From an uncultured delta proteobacterium (lineage in GTDB: Bacteria > Desulfobacterota > Syntrophia > Syntrophales > UBA5619), in contig CAWFOM010000004.1 in assembly GCA_963817385.1 (NCBI GenBank), positions 1-64,000 on the forward strand: a stretch of 64,000 bases of DNA. Direction: 5' to 3'. Below, one piece after another: positions 41,679 to 51,546 of the stretch (its first letter is position 1; each line of letters opens with the position of its first letter). The translations under genes were made by a program, and so were the position numbers. Under the pieces are notes generated by a model that was not told where the DNA came from, ran no database searches, and was given only the letters and a program-made list of their open reading frames with translations.

Positions 41679-42905
41679 TCAAAGGTTCGGCACGGCGCCG
41701 TATGCGCCTGTGTCGTATTTCGCATAGAGGTTGTCGTCGCTTCGGACCCCCTTGATCTCATCCAGACGGATGACTTTACTGTACCCGTATTCGTCCTTTT
41801 CCACGAGGAGGATCTGGTATTTGTCTAGGTGCTTCATGATGTCCGTTGAATGGCAACTGAACAGGAGTTGGGCGTTGAGCGGGTTCGTGTTTCGGGAGAT
41901 GAACAGATCCACCAGAGGGCGGATCATGTGCGGATGCAAATCGACCTCGAATTCATCAAGGACGGCGATTCCTCCTTCCTGCAGGACGGGAAGGATACCT
42001 TTCAGGAGGACGAAGAGGTTCTGCGTGCCGTTCGATTCGCGATAAAAAGGGAGCTTGTGGATGCTCTCATCTTTGCCGACGTGGATGCCGAATGGCAGGA
42101 CGATCTTTTCCGGTTTACCCTCCTTATCATCGATACCAACTTCCCTTTCTTCAATCTCGATGCCGGCTAGCCCCAAATCAAACCGCTTCAATAGCTCCTG
42201 GGCTTGTTTTCGATATTCCGGATGGCCATGAAAATACTCTGCCGAGTCAAGAAGGTGGATCACAAGTTCATCATCCACCATCCGGCCTTCCCGACCCCGT
42301 TCCTGGACGTTGGTGTTCAAGCGTGACCATGCTTCAATGATTTTTTTGCTTTCCTCGTGATTGTGCTGAAGGGCGATGGAGAAGACCGATGCATTCTTCC
42401 TCATCTGGATAAATTCGCCGAAGGACTTCGTCAGGCCGAAGTCCTTTGTCGCAAAATCATATTTCCCGATGGAAGCATTCCAGATTCGTTTGAAGAGGTA
42501 CTGAAACACTCGATCATTTCGGATAAACAAGCTCTCGTCCAAGACCTGTTCGGGAGTCAGCCGGACGCTGTATCGGTAAAGCTTATCCTCATTCGTAAAC
42601 TCAACGGAAAGCTCTGCAGGTTCGAGGTTGTCCTTTTCAAATCGGAACGGATGAAAGGGGATATCCGCGTCCGGTTTCAAGTTGAAGGAATTCTTCATAA
42701 ACCAACGGATGAAGGGGAGTGCTTTGAGTAGATTCGTCTTTCCAGAGGCGTTGGGTCCGAAGCTGGCCAGGACCTTGGTGATCCGCTCCCCCTTTTGCAC
42801 ATCCATATACGCGTCCGAGCAGGGTGCCTTTCCATGGACCATGAAGCTGACGGTATTTTCCTCTTTGAAGGAGTAGAAATTCTTGACAGTAAATTTTCGG
42901 ATCAT
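41679..42905 (-). CDS. ABC/AAA_21-type ATPase (RloA/AbiLi-like)
   Basis: VKNFYSF, GPNASGKTN, ESNGT, LDEFE..LHP, QLLFSCH, YGAVP. Confidence 0.88.
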   Translation of the reverse strand: MIRKFTVKNFYSFKEENTVSFMVHGKAPCSDAYMDVQKGERITKVLASFGPNASGKTNLLKALPFIRWFMKNSFNLKPDADIPFHPFRFEKDNLEPAELSVEFTNEDKLYRYSVRLTPEQVLDESLFIRNDRVFQYLFKRIWNASIGKYDFATKDFGLTKSFGEFIQMRKNASVFSIALQHNHEESKKIIEAWSRLNTNVQERGREGRMVDDELVIHLLDSAEYFHGHPEYRKQAQELLKRFDLGLAGIEIEEREVGIDDKEGKPEKIVLPFGIHVGKDESIHKLPFYRESNGTQNLFVLLKGILPVLQEGGIAVLDEFEVDLHPHMIRPLVDLFISRNTNPLNAQLLFSCHSTDIMKHLDKYQILLVEKDEYGYSKVIRLDEIKGVRSDDNLYAKYDTGAYGAVPNL

Positions 42906-42921
42906 ATTGTCACCACCATCA

Positions 42922-42995
42922 ACAAATATTTGTAGTATGGTTTTTATAGTAGCGTGTATTTTCTATTTGTCAATAGATAATTGACAAATATTTGC
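42922..42995 (-). promoter_or_regulatory. Promoter of the ATPase operon with palindromic operator-like sites
   Basis: Minus strand TTGACA-16 nt-TACTAT; ACAAATATTTGT (42922-42933) and ACAAATATTTGC (42984-42995); 11-bp inverted repeat 42964-42990. Confidence 0.6.
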
Positions 42996-43040
42996 AGATT
43001 ATTGTAGATTATGCTGCATATGCTGCTGCAGGCTAAAATG

Positions 43041-44498
43041 TTATCCGCGGGGGATAAGGCGCAGCGGTTCGCCGACGACCGACCAGTAGGGGATGGCGAC
43101 GAAGAGCACCACCAGGTAGGCGGCAAGGGTCATCCACAATCCGAAGCGAAAGATCTCTCCCGTTGTGAGATGGCCGCGTTCGTAGATCACCAGGGACGAG
43201 GCGCTTTGCGCCGGGTAGTACAGGACGGCGTCGCCGGCGATCATCACCGCCAGCCCGCAAACGGCGGGGTTGACGCCCGTCGCCGTGCCGATCGACATGG
43301 CGATCGGGATGGTCGTGGCGAGAAACCCGGCGATGTTGGGAATCAGCAGGCGGATCGATGCGCCGATCAGAAGCAGCAGAACCGGAACCAGGATGGGCTC
43401 TCGGGAGAAGAACGGCGCGCTGCGGACAGTGGCCTCGGCGATCCAGACGCTGGCGCCGCTATTGGCAAGCGCCCGGGCCAGCGACAGCGAAGAGGCCATC
43501 ACGAAGAAGTTGGACCAGCCGAACCCCTTTTCGAAATCTCTCCAGGTGAGCACCCCGATCCCCGGCATCAGCAGGCAGATCCAGGCGAGGATCGCCGGCA
43601 GGGCCGGGTTCCAGTGGTGCCACGCATCGGTCAGCCAGAGAAGCGAAGCCCCGATGGTGATGACGAGCGTCCGGATCTCCTTTCCGGAGAAGGGTCGCGT
43701 TTCGGCGGTCGGTAGGCAAGCCAAAGGGGCTCTGAACCCCTCGCGGTAGAGCCCATAGATAAGAAGGGCGCCGACAGCCAGGAGCGCCCCGTAGGGCACA
43801 ATCATCAGCACCAGCCAGCGGCTCCAGGAGATGCCGCCGATCAGGGAGGCCGCCAGGACCGGGGTGATCCCGCCCGTCAACAGCATGGTGGAGGCCAATC
43901 GGTTGATCGAGTTGAGCGCCATCATGATGGCCTTGACCAGGGGTGAGCCGCGGCGGGCGCCGCCCAAATCCAGCGCCTGTTCGTACACGTGGATGAGGAT
44001 TCCCGTTCGGGTCGTCGCCGAGGGGAGGAGCAGCGTGAGGAGCGGAAATGAGAGCAACAATTGCAGGTACAGGGCCCGCGAGCTTCCCTGACAGTGGCGC
44101 AGGAAGAACAGCGCCACCCGTTCGGCGAGACCGCTGTGCGAGACCGCCAGGCCGAGCGTCAGGACCCCGATGAGGAAGTAGGCCACTGGTTCGGCGAAAC
44201 CCACCAGCGCTTCTCCGAGCCCTGGAACTCCCCCCGAGAGAGTGAGGGCGATGACTACCAGAAGTCCCGTAACGGCCGCCGGGATTACGTCGGTGCACCA
44301 CAGCCCGATCGCCAGGACGGCCACCGCCAGAACCCGCTGCCCCGCCGGAGAGAGACCGGCGGGGAGAGGTGCGAACATTAAGGCTATGGACAGTCCGACC
44401 AGACCAACTGTGATCAGGAGTGCGCGCCATGTTCCCTTTCCGGCGTTCGGCCCGGCGTTATCTGTCATATTGCCTGCACTTTGTTGCGTCTGATTCAA
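43041..44498 (-). CDS. SLC13/DASS family anion permease
   Basis: LWCTDVIP, SGLAERVAL, LLPSATTR, LWLTD; many TM helices. Confidence 0.85.
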   Translation of the reverse strand: MNQTQQSAGNMTDNAGPNAGKGTWRALLITVGLVGLSIALMFAPLPAGLSPAGQRVLAVAVLAIGLWCTDVIPAAVTGLLVVIALTLSGGVPGLGEALVGFAEPVAYFLIGVLTLGLAVSHSGLAERVALFFLRHCQGSSRALYLQLLLSFPLLTLLLPSATTRTGILIHVYEQALDLGGARRGSPLVKAIMMALNSINRLASTMLLTGGITPVLAASLIGGISWSRWLVLMIVPYGALLAVGALLIYGLYREGFRAPLACLPTAETRPFSGKEIRTLVITIGASLLWLTDAWHHWNPALPAILAWICLLMPGIGVLTWRDFEKGFGWSNFFVMASSLSLARALANSGASVWIAEATVRSAPFFSREPILVPVLLLLIGASIRLLIPNIAGFLATTIPIAMSIGTATGVNPAVCGLAVMIAGDAVLYYPAQSASSLVIYERGHLTTGEIFRFGLWMTLAAYLVVLFVAIPYWSVVGEPLRLIPRG

Positions 44499-44630
44499 AG
44501 GACACTCCCCTTTCCGGAGCGCGGATCATACCAAAAGGCAGGGCGGGTGTCGAGAAAAAGGGGTTTTTGAACCCACGCGGAAGGGTCTATCGGCATCGGC
44601 GCTTGAGGGTGATCCCGTTGTGATGGCCCG

Positions 44631-45851
44631 TTAGCGAACGCGCGCCATCCAACCGATCGCCGCGCCAATGATGCTGACGCCGCCGCTTATCGCAAAGGCC
44701 AGTGCCCAGCTTCCCGTAGCCTGCACGATGCCTCCGAAGACCATCGGGCCGAGCAGCATGCCCGCGTTCTGGCCGACTTGCATCACGCCCATGGCCATTC
44801 CTCCCAGGCGCTCATCGCGCACGGCCTCGACACTGGAGGCGAAGATGGTGCCGGCTATCGGGCCGGTCATAACACCCATCGCCACCGCGATCGCGGCGAA
44901 CACACCCTGACCCAGAGGAGCGATCAGCAGCAGGGGGAGGCCGAACAGAGCCATGCCTGCGGCAAAGAACTTCCGGCGGGTGCGGAGGCGGTCCGAGAGC
45001 CAGCCCGCAACTGGGCAGGCAAAGATGCTGACAAGCAGCACCAGGCTGACCAGGAAAGAGGCCCCGGCGAGCGGGACCTGCCTCACGGTGTTCAGAAAAG
45101 TCGGCGCCCAGGTCACGAAGGCGATGATGGTGAAATTGAAGCAGCCGAAGGTGACGCTCAGGAGCCATAGATTGCGGTTGCCGAGCACCTGTCTCAGGAC
45201 GGCCGGGGCGGTGGACGCCGCACCCACGGGAGAGGGTCCCGTTGCCGGCGGTTTGATCACAACCAGGAACAACGCCGCCATGACCAGTGCATAGATGCAG
45301 CCCACCCACCACACGCCCTGCCAGCCCCATGCGCCGCCCAGCCAGGGAGCGGCCACCATCATCAGTGTGGAGCCAAGCGGCACCCAGATTGCCCAGATTC
45401 CCATCGGCATGCCGCGCCGGTCGGCGGCAAACCAGACGGCGATGATCGCCGGCGCCACAACCGCGATCAGGCTCGTGCCCACACCCTCGATCACGCGGCT
45501 GATCAGCATCATTCCGGCCCCGGAGCTGATCGCGCCCAGGGCGGCGCCGATCGCGATCGATCCGATTGCCAGCAAACCGGTGACGCGGAAACCCATCTTT
45601 TGGAACATAAACCCGGCCGGCAGGGCCAGGATCAGCCCGGTGACGGCGAAGACCGACATCAGCCATCCCGCATTGCCCAGGGACATGTCGAATGCCTGCA
45701 TCAAGACCGGCATCAGCGGCGGGACCTTGAACTGATTGAATGGCGCGGCAACGCTGAACAGAACCAGAACGACCAGAACCAGCCAGGCGCGGCCGGTGAT
45801 CGACCGAGATTTCGCCGTCACCCCGGGTGCGGAGTGGATGTTCGTTTCCAT
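44631..45851 (-). CDS. MFS transporter
   Basis: About 12 TM helices, GWLSDRLRTRR, SRVIEGVG. Confidence 0.87.
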   Translation of the reverse strand: METNIHSAPGVTAKSRSITGRAWLVLVVLVLFSVAAPFNQFKVPPLMPVLMQAFDMSLGNAGWLMSVFAVTGLILALPAGFMFQKMGFRVTGLLAIGSIAIGAALGAISSGAGMMLISRVIEGVGTSLIAVVAPAIIAVWFAADRRGMPMGIWAIWVPLGSTLMMVAAPWLGGAWGWQGVWWVGCIYALVMAALFLVVIKPPATGPSPVGAASTAPAVLRQVLGNRNLWLLSVTFGCFNFTIIAFVTWAPTFLNTVRQVPLAGASFLVSLVLLVSIFACPVAGWLSDRLRTRRKFFAAGMALFGLPLLLIAPLGQGVFAAIAVAMGVMTGPIAGTIFASSVEAVRDERLGGMAMGVMQVGQNAGMLLGPMVFGGIVQATGSWALAFAISGGVSIIGAAIGWMARVR

Positions 45852-45876
45852 GGGCATTCTCCTTTTTGCAACCATC

Positions 45877-47682
45877 TCACTCGAACCACTCCGGTTTCAT
45901 CCGTACCGTGATTCCGTCGCCGCTTTCCCTCAGGCGGGCGGCGAGGCCGCTGAGCTTCGGAAGTTCGTAGGCGAAGAAGTAGCGGCAGGTGTGGATCTTC
46001 CCCCGGTAGAAGTCGCAATCCTCTGCCGCGGGGTTTGCATCCAGGGCCTTCGCGGCCGTGACGGCTTGCAGGAGCCATTGCCAGGCGATCGCGACGATGC
46101 CGAAGAGCTCCAGGTAGAGCGTCGCGTCGGCGAGGAAGAGTTCGATCTCGCCCTTCATCGCGATGCCCGTGAGCGAGGTGGTCACCTCTTTGAGCGTCTC
46201 CACGGCCGCGGCGAGCGCCTCAGCCGAGGGGGCGCACTCCGGGATCGCCCGGCCGGCGGCCACGGCCTTCTCCAGTTCGGTGAGGTAGAGGAAGAGGGCT
46301 TTCCCATTCTTCATGAGCGCCTTTCTGCCCAGGAGGTCCATCCCCTGGATCCCCGTCGTCCCTTCGTGGATCGGATGGATGCGGACGTCCCGGTAGTACT
46401 GCTCCAACGGAAATTCGTCGCAGTAGCCGTAGCCGCCCAGGCACTGGAGCCCCTGACTCACGGAGAGGATCCCCATCTCCGAGGGGTAGCTCTTGGCGAC
46501 GGGAGTGAGGAGGTCGAGGAGGAGTTCGTATCGCTCCTTCTCCTCTCCTTCGGCTACCCGAGCGAGGTCCACATAGAGGGCGCACTGGAAGATCAGGGCG
46601 AGCGACCCCTCGACGACGGCCCGCTGGAAAAGGAGCATCCGTTTGACGTCGGCGTGTTCGATGATCGGCACCTGCGGCGCCAGAGGGTCCTTCCCGGCGA
46701 CGGGCCGCCCCTGCGGCCGCTGCCTGGTGTATTCGAGGGAAGCGTAATAGGCGGCCGACGCGATCGCCGCCGCTCCCATCCCCACATCCACGCGCGCCTC
46801 GTTCATCATCTGAAACATATAACGGAGCCCTTTGTGTGGCTCGCCGACGAGCCAGCCACGGCAGTCATCATTGTCGCCGAAGGCGAGCTGCGTGATCGGG
46901 GCGCCACGATAGCCGAGCTTGTGGTAGATCCCGATGCAGGTCACATCGTTGCCAATAAGACCGCCCCGGCCGTCCGGTCGCTTTTTCGGCACGACAAAGA
47001 GCGAGATCCCCCTGATGCCGGGAGGGGCGCCGTCGATCCGGGCGAGGAGCAGGTTGACGATGTTTTCGGTCGATTCGTAGTCGGAGCAGGAGATGAAGAT
47101 CTTCTGCCCCTTGATTTTGTATGAGCCGTCGGCCTCCGGGAAGGCCGTCGTCTTGAGATCGGTGAGCGACGAGCCCGCCTGCGGCTCCGTGAGGGCCATC
47201 GTCCCCTGCCAGGCCCCGGCGAACATCTTCGGGACGTACGCTTCAACAAGCTCCGGGGCGCCGAAGGAGAGGATCAGGTGGGCCGCGCCGGTGGTGAGGA
47301 AGGGGTAGACGGAGGCCGAGTAGTTGGCCGCCGAGAAGATCCCCCGGAAAGCCGTCATGATCGTGTTCGGAATCTGCTGGCCGCCCAGTTCATAGGGGGC
47401 CTGGGCGCCAATCCAGCCGCCTTCGCCGCAGGCCTTCATGACGATCGCTACGACCGGGTGGACGAACACCTTCCCGTCTCTGAACTCCGGAGGCTGCTTG
47501 TCCATCTCCGCCAGGGCGGGGAAGAGGATTCCTCTCCCCATCCGCATCGCCGTTTCCAGAACCATGTCGAAGGTCTCCCTGCTGTGGTCGGCGAAATAGG
47601 GATACTTCGTCAGTGCCGCTGCGTCGAGATGCTCGGTAAGCAGAAACTGCAGGTTTCTCAGACTGATGAATTTTTCCGCCAT
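45877..47682 (-). CDS. Acyl-CoA dehydrogenase (long form)
   Basis: GTMALTEPQAGS, GQKIFIS, HKLG, MFQMMNEAR, GGYGY, IHEGT. Confidence 0.94.
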   Translation of the reverse strand: MAEKFISLRNLQFLLTEHLDAAALTKYPYFADHSRETFDMVLETAMRMGRGILFPALAEMDKQPPEFRDGKVFVHPVVAIVMKACGEGGWIGAQAPYELGGQQIPNTIMTAFRGIFSAANYSASVYPFLTTGAAHLILSFGAPELVEAYVPKMFAGAWQGTMALTEPQAGSSLTDLKTTAFPEADGSYKIKGQKIFISCSDYESTENIVNLLLARIDGAPPGIRGISLFVVPKKRPDGRGGLIGNDVTCIGIYHKLGYRGAPITQLAFGDNDDCRGWLVGEPHKGLRYMFQMMNEARVDVGMGAAAIASAAYYASLEYTRQRPQGRPVAGKDPLAPQVPIIEHADVKRMLLFQRAVVEGSLALIFQCALYVDLARVAEGEEKERYELLLDLLTPVAKSYPSEMGILSVSQGLQCLGGYGYCDEFPLEQYYRDVRIHPIHEGTTGIQGMDLLGRKALMKNGKALFLYLTELEKAVAAGRAIPECAPSAEALAAAVETLKEVTTSLTGIAMKGEIELFLADATLYLELFGIVAIAWQWLLQAVTAAKALDANPAAEDCDFYRGKIHTCRYFFAYELPKLSGLAARLRESGDGITVRMKPEWFE

Positions 47683-47748
47683 GATTCTTCCTCCTAAGTT
47701 TTTCCAGGGGAAAAAGAGGGGAGCTCTCCCCTATTTCCCGGCAGGGGG

Positions 47749-48459
47749 TCAGCGGGAAGGGGGGAAGATCCTGATCCGTTCGTAGATTCCGGCCTCCCGG
47801 TCGTACAGGGCGCACTCCCCTTCATCCGCGGAGCCGACGATCACGATGAAGCGATCGGCGGCGCCGTCGTTTTGTTCCGTATGCGATCCCTCTCCTCCGT
47901 TATCCGGAGACTTACCCGCCGCGCCCAGGACCAGTTTAACTTCCGAAGGTACCTGTTCCCGTGTTACGGTGCCGCCCGCCTTCCTAAAGAGAATGGGGAG
48001 GTGCGAATGGCCGCAAAAGAGGAGCTGAAAATCGGTCTCGGCGAAGAGTCGCTCCGCGCGCCGGGTGGTGCCCGTGTCGATCGGCTCGTAGAATGACCTA
48101 AGCGAGTCGTAGGGAAGCGAATGGGCGAAAAGCAGACCGTCGAGTGTGCGGGTGACGGGCACACTCCGGAGGAAGGCGACGGCCGGCGCTCCTTCCGGCT
48201 CGGGCGGCCGGCATTCATGGGTCAGCATGCTTTCGACAAAGAAGTCGTTGTTGCCCTTTACGGCGAGGACGTCGTTTGCCCGAAGGAGGCGGATCATCGC
48301 TGCCGCCCGGTCGTGGTGGATCGAATCGCAGAAATCCCCCAGATGAATGAGGATGCCCGCACCCCGTTCCTTCAGGAGGCGGATCGCCTCCGCCGTGGCG
48401 TCCAGGTTTCCATGGCTGTCGGCGATGAGGCCGACGCATCTGTCGGCAAATTCTGCCAT
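47749..48459 (-). CDS. Metallophosphoesterase (YfcE-like)
   Basis: ADSHGN, HLGD, KGNND, FAH, GHSH. Confidence 0.85.
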   Translation of the reverse strand: MAEFADRCVGLIADSHGNLDATAEAIRLLKERGAGILIHLGDFCDSIHHDRAAAMIRLLRANDVLAVKGNNDFFVESMLTHECRPPEPEGAPAVAFLRSVPVTRTLDGLLFAHSLPYDSLRSFYEPIDTGTTRRAERLFAETDFQLLFCGHSHLPILFRKAGGTVTREQVPSEVKLVLGAAGKSPDNGGEGSHTEQNDGAADRFIVIVGSADEGECALYDREAGIYERIRIFPPSR

Positions 48460-48489
48460 CTGGTGAATCTCCTCGGTTGTGATTTCTCC

Positions 48490-49305
48490 TTATCGCTTAC
48501 CGGGGGGTCTGGCGAAGGTTTTGATGAGTTCGAAGAACTCCCCGGAGAAGACCATCAGCGACTGATTCCGGTTCTCGAAATCGATGGCGGCCGCAAGCGA
48601 GGGGGCGTCGATGTTCCGGTCGAGCGCCCGCTTGGTCAGTCGGATCCCTGCGGGACTTTTAGCGGTCATCTGCCGCGCGCAGGCGAGGGCGGTTTCGAGG
48701 AGCGCCTCCGGCGGGACGATCCGGTTTACCAGGCCCATCCGCTCCGCCTCCTCGGCGGGGACCGTCCGGCCCGTGTAGAGGATCTCGGCTGCCCGGGCGA
48801 GACCGATGAGGCGGGGGAGGAGATAGGTGGTCCCCAATTCGCTGCCGGAAAGGCCGATGTTGATGAACGAGGCGATGAAGGTGGCCGCGGGCGACGCGAA
48901 ACGGACGTCGGAGGCAAGCGTAAGGCAAAGACCGGCGCCCGCGGCGGCGCCGTTCACTGCGGCAATCACCGGCTGGGGAATCGCCCGGAGGCCGAGGATG
49001 AGACCGGCGTAGCGCTCCTGGGCGAGACGGAGGAAATGTTCCGGATCGATGAAGGCCTCCGAATTCCGGTTCGCCATCGCTTCGTTCAGATCGGCGCCGG
49101 AGCAGAAGCCGCGGCCCGCACCGGTGACGACGAGGACCCGGATCGAGTCATCCTGCGCGAGGGCGGTGAAAAGCGCCTCGAAGTCCATGATCATGTCGGG
49201 GTTGATCGCGTTGAGCCGCTCCGGACGATTCAGGGTTACGAGCCCTATGCCGGGCTCCGGTTCCGTAAATTTCATCGCGGTGAACAACTTTTCGGTAATA
49301 CGCAC
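48490..49305 (-). CDS. Enoyl-CoA hydratase/isomerase
   Basis: LNRPERLNA, FCSGADL, IAAVNGAAAGAG; GTG start after RBS AGGAGG. Confidence 0.92.
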   Translation of the reverse strand: MRITEKLFTAMKFTEPEPGIGLVTLNRPERLNAINPDMIMDFEALFTALAQDDSIRVLVVTGAGRGFCSGADLNEAMANRNSEAFIDPEHFLRLAQERYAGLILGLRAIPQPVIAAVNGAAAGAGLCLTLASDVRFASPAATFIASFINIGLSGSELGTTYLLPRLIGLARAAEILYTGRTVPAEEAERMGLVNRIVPPEALLETALACARQMTAKSPAGIRLTKRALDRNIDAPSLAAAIDFENRNQSLMVFSGEFFELIKTFARPPGKR

Positions 49306-49373
49306 GGCGCACCTCCTTTTTCCTTCCTTCTTTTTTTTCACGGGTAAGCAGCGAAAGGGGCTTTACCTCGATG

Positions 49374-51053
49374 CTATGCTTTCTCTTTCCGGTTCTTTCT
49401 CTCGATCTCATTCACCTCGCGCCTGAGCACCTTGCCTAACGCGCTCTTCGGCAGTGCGTCGATGAACTCGATGCCCTGCGGAACCTTTTCGGGGGCGAGC
49501 CTCTCCCGGCAGTGGGCGATGATCTCTTCCGCGTCCGCAGTCCGCCCCGGCTTGAGAACGACGTAGGCCTTCACCGTTTTGCCGCCGTGTCCGTCGGGAA
49601 TGCCGATCGCGCAGGCCTCGAAGATCTGGGGATGGGTCAAGAGGGCCTGGTCGATCTCCCGGGGGTAGATCATGCGCCCGTTCGCTACGATCTGGTCCTT
49701 CTTCTTGTCCAGGACGGTGAGGAAGCCGTCCTCGTCGAGAAAGCCGATGTCGCCGGTGAAGAGCCAGCCGTCCTTAACGGCAGCTGCGGTCTCCCCGGGC
49801 TTCTTGCAGTAGCCCGTCATCACCTGGGGTCCCCGGAAGCAGATCTCCCCCGCCTCGCCGGCCGGAAGCTCCCTGCTTCCCGTTTCCGCATCGACGATCC
49901 GGAGGTCGGTTCCGGGGAGCGGCACGCCCACGCTCCCGGGCTTCTCCTCCCCACCCCAGGGGGTGGCCGTACCGATCGCGCAGATCTCGGTGAGACCGTA
50001 GACGTTGATGACGGGAACGTCCCTATGGGCCTTGAGCTTTTTGATCACCGCTGGGGATAGAGGTGTCGCTCCGGAGAGGAACCCCTTGACCGAGGAGAGG
50101 CCCGCCTTCCGGAGCTCCTCCTGGGCCAAGAGCCCGGTGTAGGCGGCCGGCAGCACCGGCAGGATCGTCGGCTTGTGTTTCCTCAGGATCTCGATAATGG
50201 CTTGCGGTTCGGGATGCGGGACGAGGATGTCTGTCCACCCGGCGAGGATCGACATGTTCTGTATTCCCGTCCAGCCGGAGGAATGGAAGAAGGGAAAGAC
50301 GGCCAGGATGCTCTCCGTTCCGTCTTTCAGGTCGGATAACCAGGCCCGGAGCTGCTGGGTGTTGCAGGAGATGTTCGCGTGCGTCAGCATGACCCCCTTG
50401 CTCACTCCCGTCGTTCCTTCCGTGTAGAGGAGCGCCCCCATCTCTTCCCAGCGGGCTTTATTTTCAACCGGAGTGTCGGGATAGTTGCCGAGCAGTCCGA
50501 GAAATTCGTATATCCCTTCCTCCGGCTCGATCTTCCGATAGAGCGCCGGTTGGATGTAGGGGAAGAGCTTGTTGCCCGGGAAGGGGAGGTAGTCGGTGAT
50601 ATGACAGGCGATGATCGACCGAATGCCGGTTTTTCTCTTGAGTGTAAGGGCCAGCGGGAGTCGGAGGTCCAGGGTGATGAGAATCGTGGAATCGGAGTCG
50701 TTGAGTTGATAGGTGAGCTCCTCTTCGGTGGAGAGAGGATTGTTCATTACCGTCACGGCGCCGATCCTGAACGCTGCGTAGTTGGCGATGACAAACTGGG
50801 GCATGTTGGGCAGGAGCATGGCGACCCGGTCGCCCGCCTTTACCCCGATTGCCGTCAGGGCCCCGGCGAAGCGGTTTACCAGCGCCTCCAGCTCCCGGTA
50901 GGAAATCTTCTTCCCCATAAAGACAAGCGCCGTACGGTCGGGGAACCGCCCGGCCGTCCGGGTGAGAGCCTCGGGCATGGTAATCTTGTCGAAATCCATC
51001 TCCCGGGGGACGCCGGGCATGTAGCTCCTGTGCCAACTCCGCTCAAAACTCAT
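49374..51053 (-). CDS. Long-chain fatty acid-CoA ligase family protein
   Basis: YTEGTTGVSKG, YGLTE, TGDIG, LPKSALGK. Confidence 0.9.
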   Translation of the reverse strand: MSFERSWHRSYMPGVPREMDFDKITMPEALTRTAGRFPDRTALVFMGKKISYRELEALVNRFAGALTAIGVKAGDRVAMLLPNMPQFVIANYAAFRIGAVTVMNNPLSTEEELTYQLNDSDSTILITLDLRLPLALTLKRKTGIRSIIACHITDYLPFPGNKLFPYIQPALYRKIEPEEGIYEFLGLLGNYPDTPVENKARWEEMGALLYTEGTTGVSKGVMLTHANISCNTQQLRAWLSDLKDGTESILAVFPFFHSSGWTGIQNMSILAGWTDILVPHPEPQAIIEILRKHKPTILPVLPAAYTGLLAQEELRKAGLSSVKGFLSGATPLSPAVIKKLKAHRDVPVINVYGLTEICAIGTATPWGGEEKPGSVGVPLPGTDLRIVDAETGSRELPAGEAGEICFRGPQVMTGYCKKPGETAAAVKDGWLFTGDIGFLDEDGFLTVLDKKKDQIVANGRMIYPREIDQALLTHPQIFEACAIGIPDGHGGKTVKAYVVLKPGRTADAEEIIAHCRERLAPEKVPQGIEFIDALPKSALGKVLRREVNEIERKNRKEKA

Positions 51054-51546
51054 CGGGTTCCTCCCTCATTGCTTTGCTATTTATTATTAAGGAGCTCTCT
51101 TGTAGCAAATCCTGAGGCTTTTGAAAATCATTTCCTGGAAATCTTTCACCGGCGAGAGGTATCCGGACGACCATAGGAGAAAGCTCATGCGAACCATGCC
51201 GTTTCCCGGAAAGCATCTGTCCTGTGCAAAGTACGGCAATAGGGATTCTTTCTCGGAGCGGCCGCCGAGGTGCGGGTGAGCAACGGATAAAGAGAGTTAT
51301 CTCCGATGGAATGGCCGGTCGATCTACCAGGAGTTGCTGAAACGTATTGTGATTTGGCATTGCGAATCCGCGGGAGGCGAGCCCTCCGCAGATTCGCAAT
51401 GGGTATCGTCTTGACGGGAACCGGATCAGGAGTCGCGGGCAAACGGCAGCGAGCCGGTTCCGGGCGTCGAAGACCTTCGGGTCTGAACGCGGTAATGATC
51501 CGATCAGACTGCGCCGTCCGTGGCGGCGGCTTCCTCGATTGAATTT

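Noticed and set aside
50405..50430. YTEGTTG P-loop as evidence of an inactive ligase
   Set aside because: A single substitution in error-prone sequence; other adenylation motifs are intact.
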